Source: Utricularia gibba
Taxonomy: Eukaryota; Plantae; Magnoliophyta
Direction: 5' to 3'
DNA length: 64,000 bases
NCBI GenBank assembly: GCA_002189035.1
Contig: CM007990.1
Span: 4,278,001-4,342,000, forward strand
The notes beneath the pieces were generated by a model. That model worked only from the letters and a program-made list of their open reading frames with translations, was not told the DNA's origin and did no database searches. The translations under genes and the position numbers were made by a program. How positions within the stretch are numbered: position 1 is the stretch's first letter; each line of letters starts with the position of its first letter. Positions 62,964 to 64,000 of this stretch are shown one piece after another.

Positions 62964-64000
62964 CTAACAAGCTAATTTTTTAGCTGAAAACGCGAAAGCA
63001 AATGCAGCCAAAACAGATGTTGCTGAAGAGAGCACACCCCTTAAACTCGACTTCTTTTGAGCAACTCAAGTTTTTCTCCCATGTCCTTCACCTCGTCCCT
63101 TCCATCCTGAACAAGTCGATTATCGTTTCCATTTCCATAGCGAATGGTTTTACCTCCTTATTTGTCTGAAATGGCACATCAATGCCATCTTTCATCTCCT
63201 TTTTTGCAGAAAGCTGTTGTGTTCCTCAGCATGGTTAGAATCATCGCAGTCCTGGCATCAGCCAGTTAGACTTCACCCTTCTTTGATTTGGTTTCCGTTT
63301 GGAAAGCACTCACCATGTTTTCCATTGGGCGTAACCCAGTTTCCAGAATCCCCAGATGTACCTTCTACTCTTCTTTTTCATCAAAAACGGCATTCCCCAT
63401 AGCTTCTGCTTCCACTGCAGTCTCAATTTCAGCCGTAAGGTCATCACTCTCACTTCTCAATGCTAAAGCTTTCTGCCCCTCCCCATCAAGGAATGTTTTC
63501 ATGGCATCCCTCTGAGATTCAAGATCCTCGAACTTGCACCTGTAGTGACCAACATTACCTTGCAAGTTCTTCACGCTTTCAGCGTCAACCACAAGGCGTT
63601 CTTCCAAAGTAGAAACAAGAGCTCTTTGCCCACCTTCAGGGTCTCGTTATTGAACCACATCGCTATGCAATCTGGCATTTTCCTGAAGTATATCCTTGTC
63701 GTGAACCACTGCGCCTTTGCTTTTTCCAAATCCATCTCTGTTGCAGCTTTGCTCTCAGACAACTGATTGGCCCTGTCCCAGGCCAGTCTTTTTTCTGCTG
63801 CCAATTGATCAATCTCATTCCCCAGCTTCATGAACATCATGCCACTTTCACTGATCCTTTTCTTGTCTCAGCCACAGCAGCAACCAATTCCCTCTCATGC
63901 CTCATCAATTCGATCGTCATTCCTGTGTGTTCATGAATGACTGTCCTCAGAGACTCTTTTCTTTGCTTTACTACATCCTTCAGCTCTTCAATCTACTGTC
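62964..64000 (-). pseudogene. Degenerate long coiled-coil, tail-anchored protein (At3g05130/At5g27330-like), runs off window
   Basis: E/K/L-rich heptad segments broken by in-frame stops and frameshifts. The C-terminal AQKKSSLRGVLSSATSVLAAFAFAFSAK resembles that family's membrane anchor. Confidence 0.55.

Overview
Gene-dense nuclear DNA from a flowering plant (species not identifiable from the sequence). Short-intron gene clusters alternate with AT-rich intergenic stretches. Recognisable genes in order: PRL1-interacting-factor-A-like, ARF3/ETTIN (two tasiR-ARF sites, uORFs), an intronless PPR, a conserved unknown membrane protein, two tandem NFD6/NOXY2-like genes, NECAP-like, BAC1, DUS3L, DUF506, a Cys-rich unknown protein, a CA1P-phosphatase-like histidine phosphatase, GRXS17, ASY4, a beta-expansin, an Ole e 1 protein, a VQ protein, CHX15-like, DeSI/PPPDE and PurU. 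Degraded or truncated loci: an oleosin fragment, an ACX1 pseudogene with a large internal deletion, a coiled-coil tail-anchored pseudogene, and an unidentified spliced minus-strand locus. Transposons delimited by hand from terminal repeats and target-site duplications: a 3.1-kb hAT element, two Mutator-like elements inserted at the same target site, and a probable solo LTR. Many essential genes carry single-base deletions in homopolymer runs, most likely long-read assembly errors, so pseudogene calls rest only on stops or large deletions. I found no convincing new biological system. The best leads are the ETT PQGHLEQ deletion, the conserved alternative last exons in both NFD6 copies, the intronless DUS3L, the double MULE insertion and the unidentified locus at 46.3-48.4 kb. 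All family assignments come from recalled motifs, not database searches.
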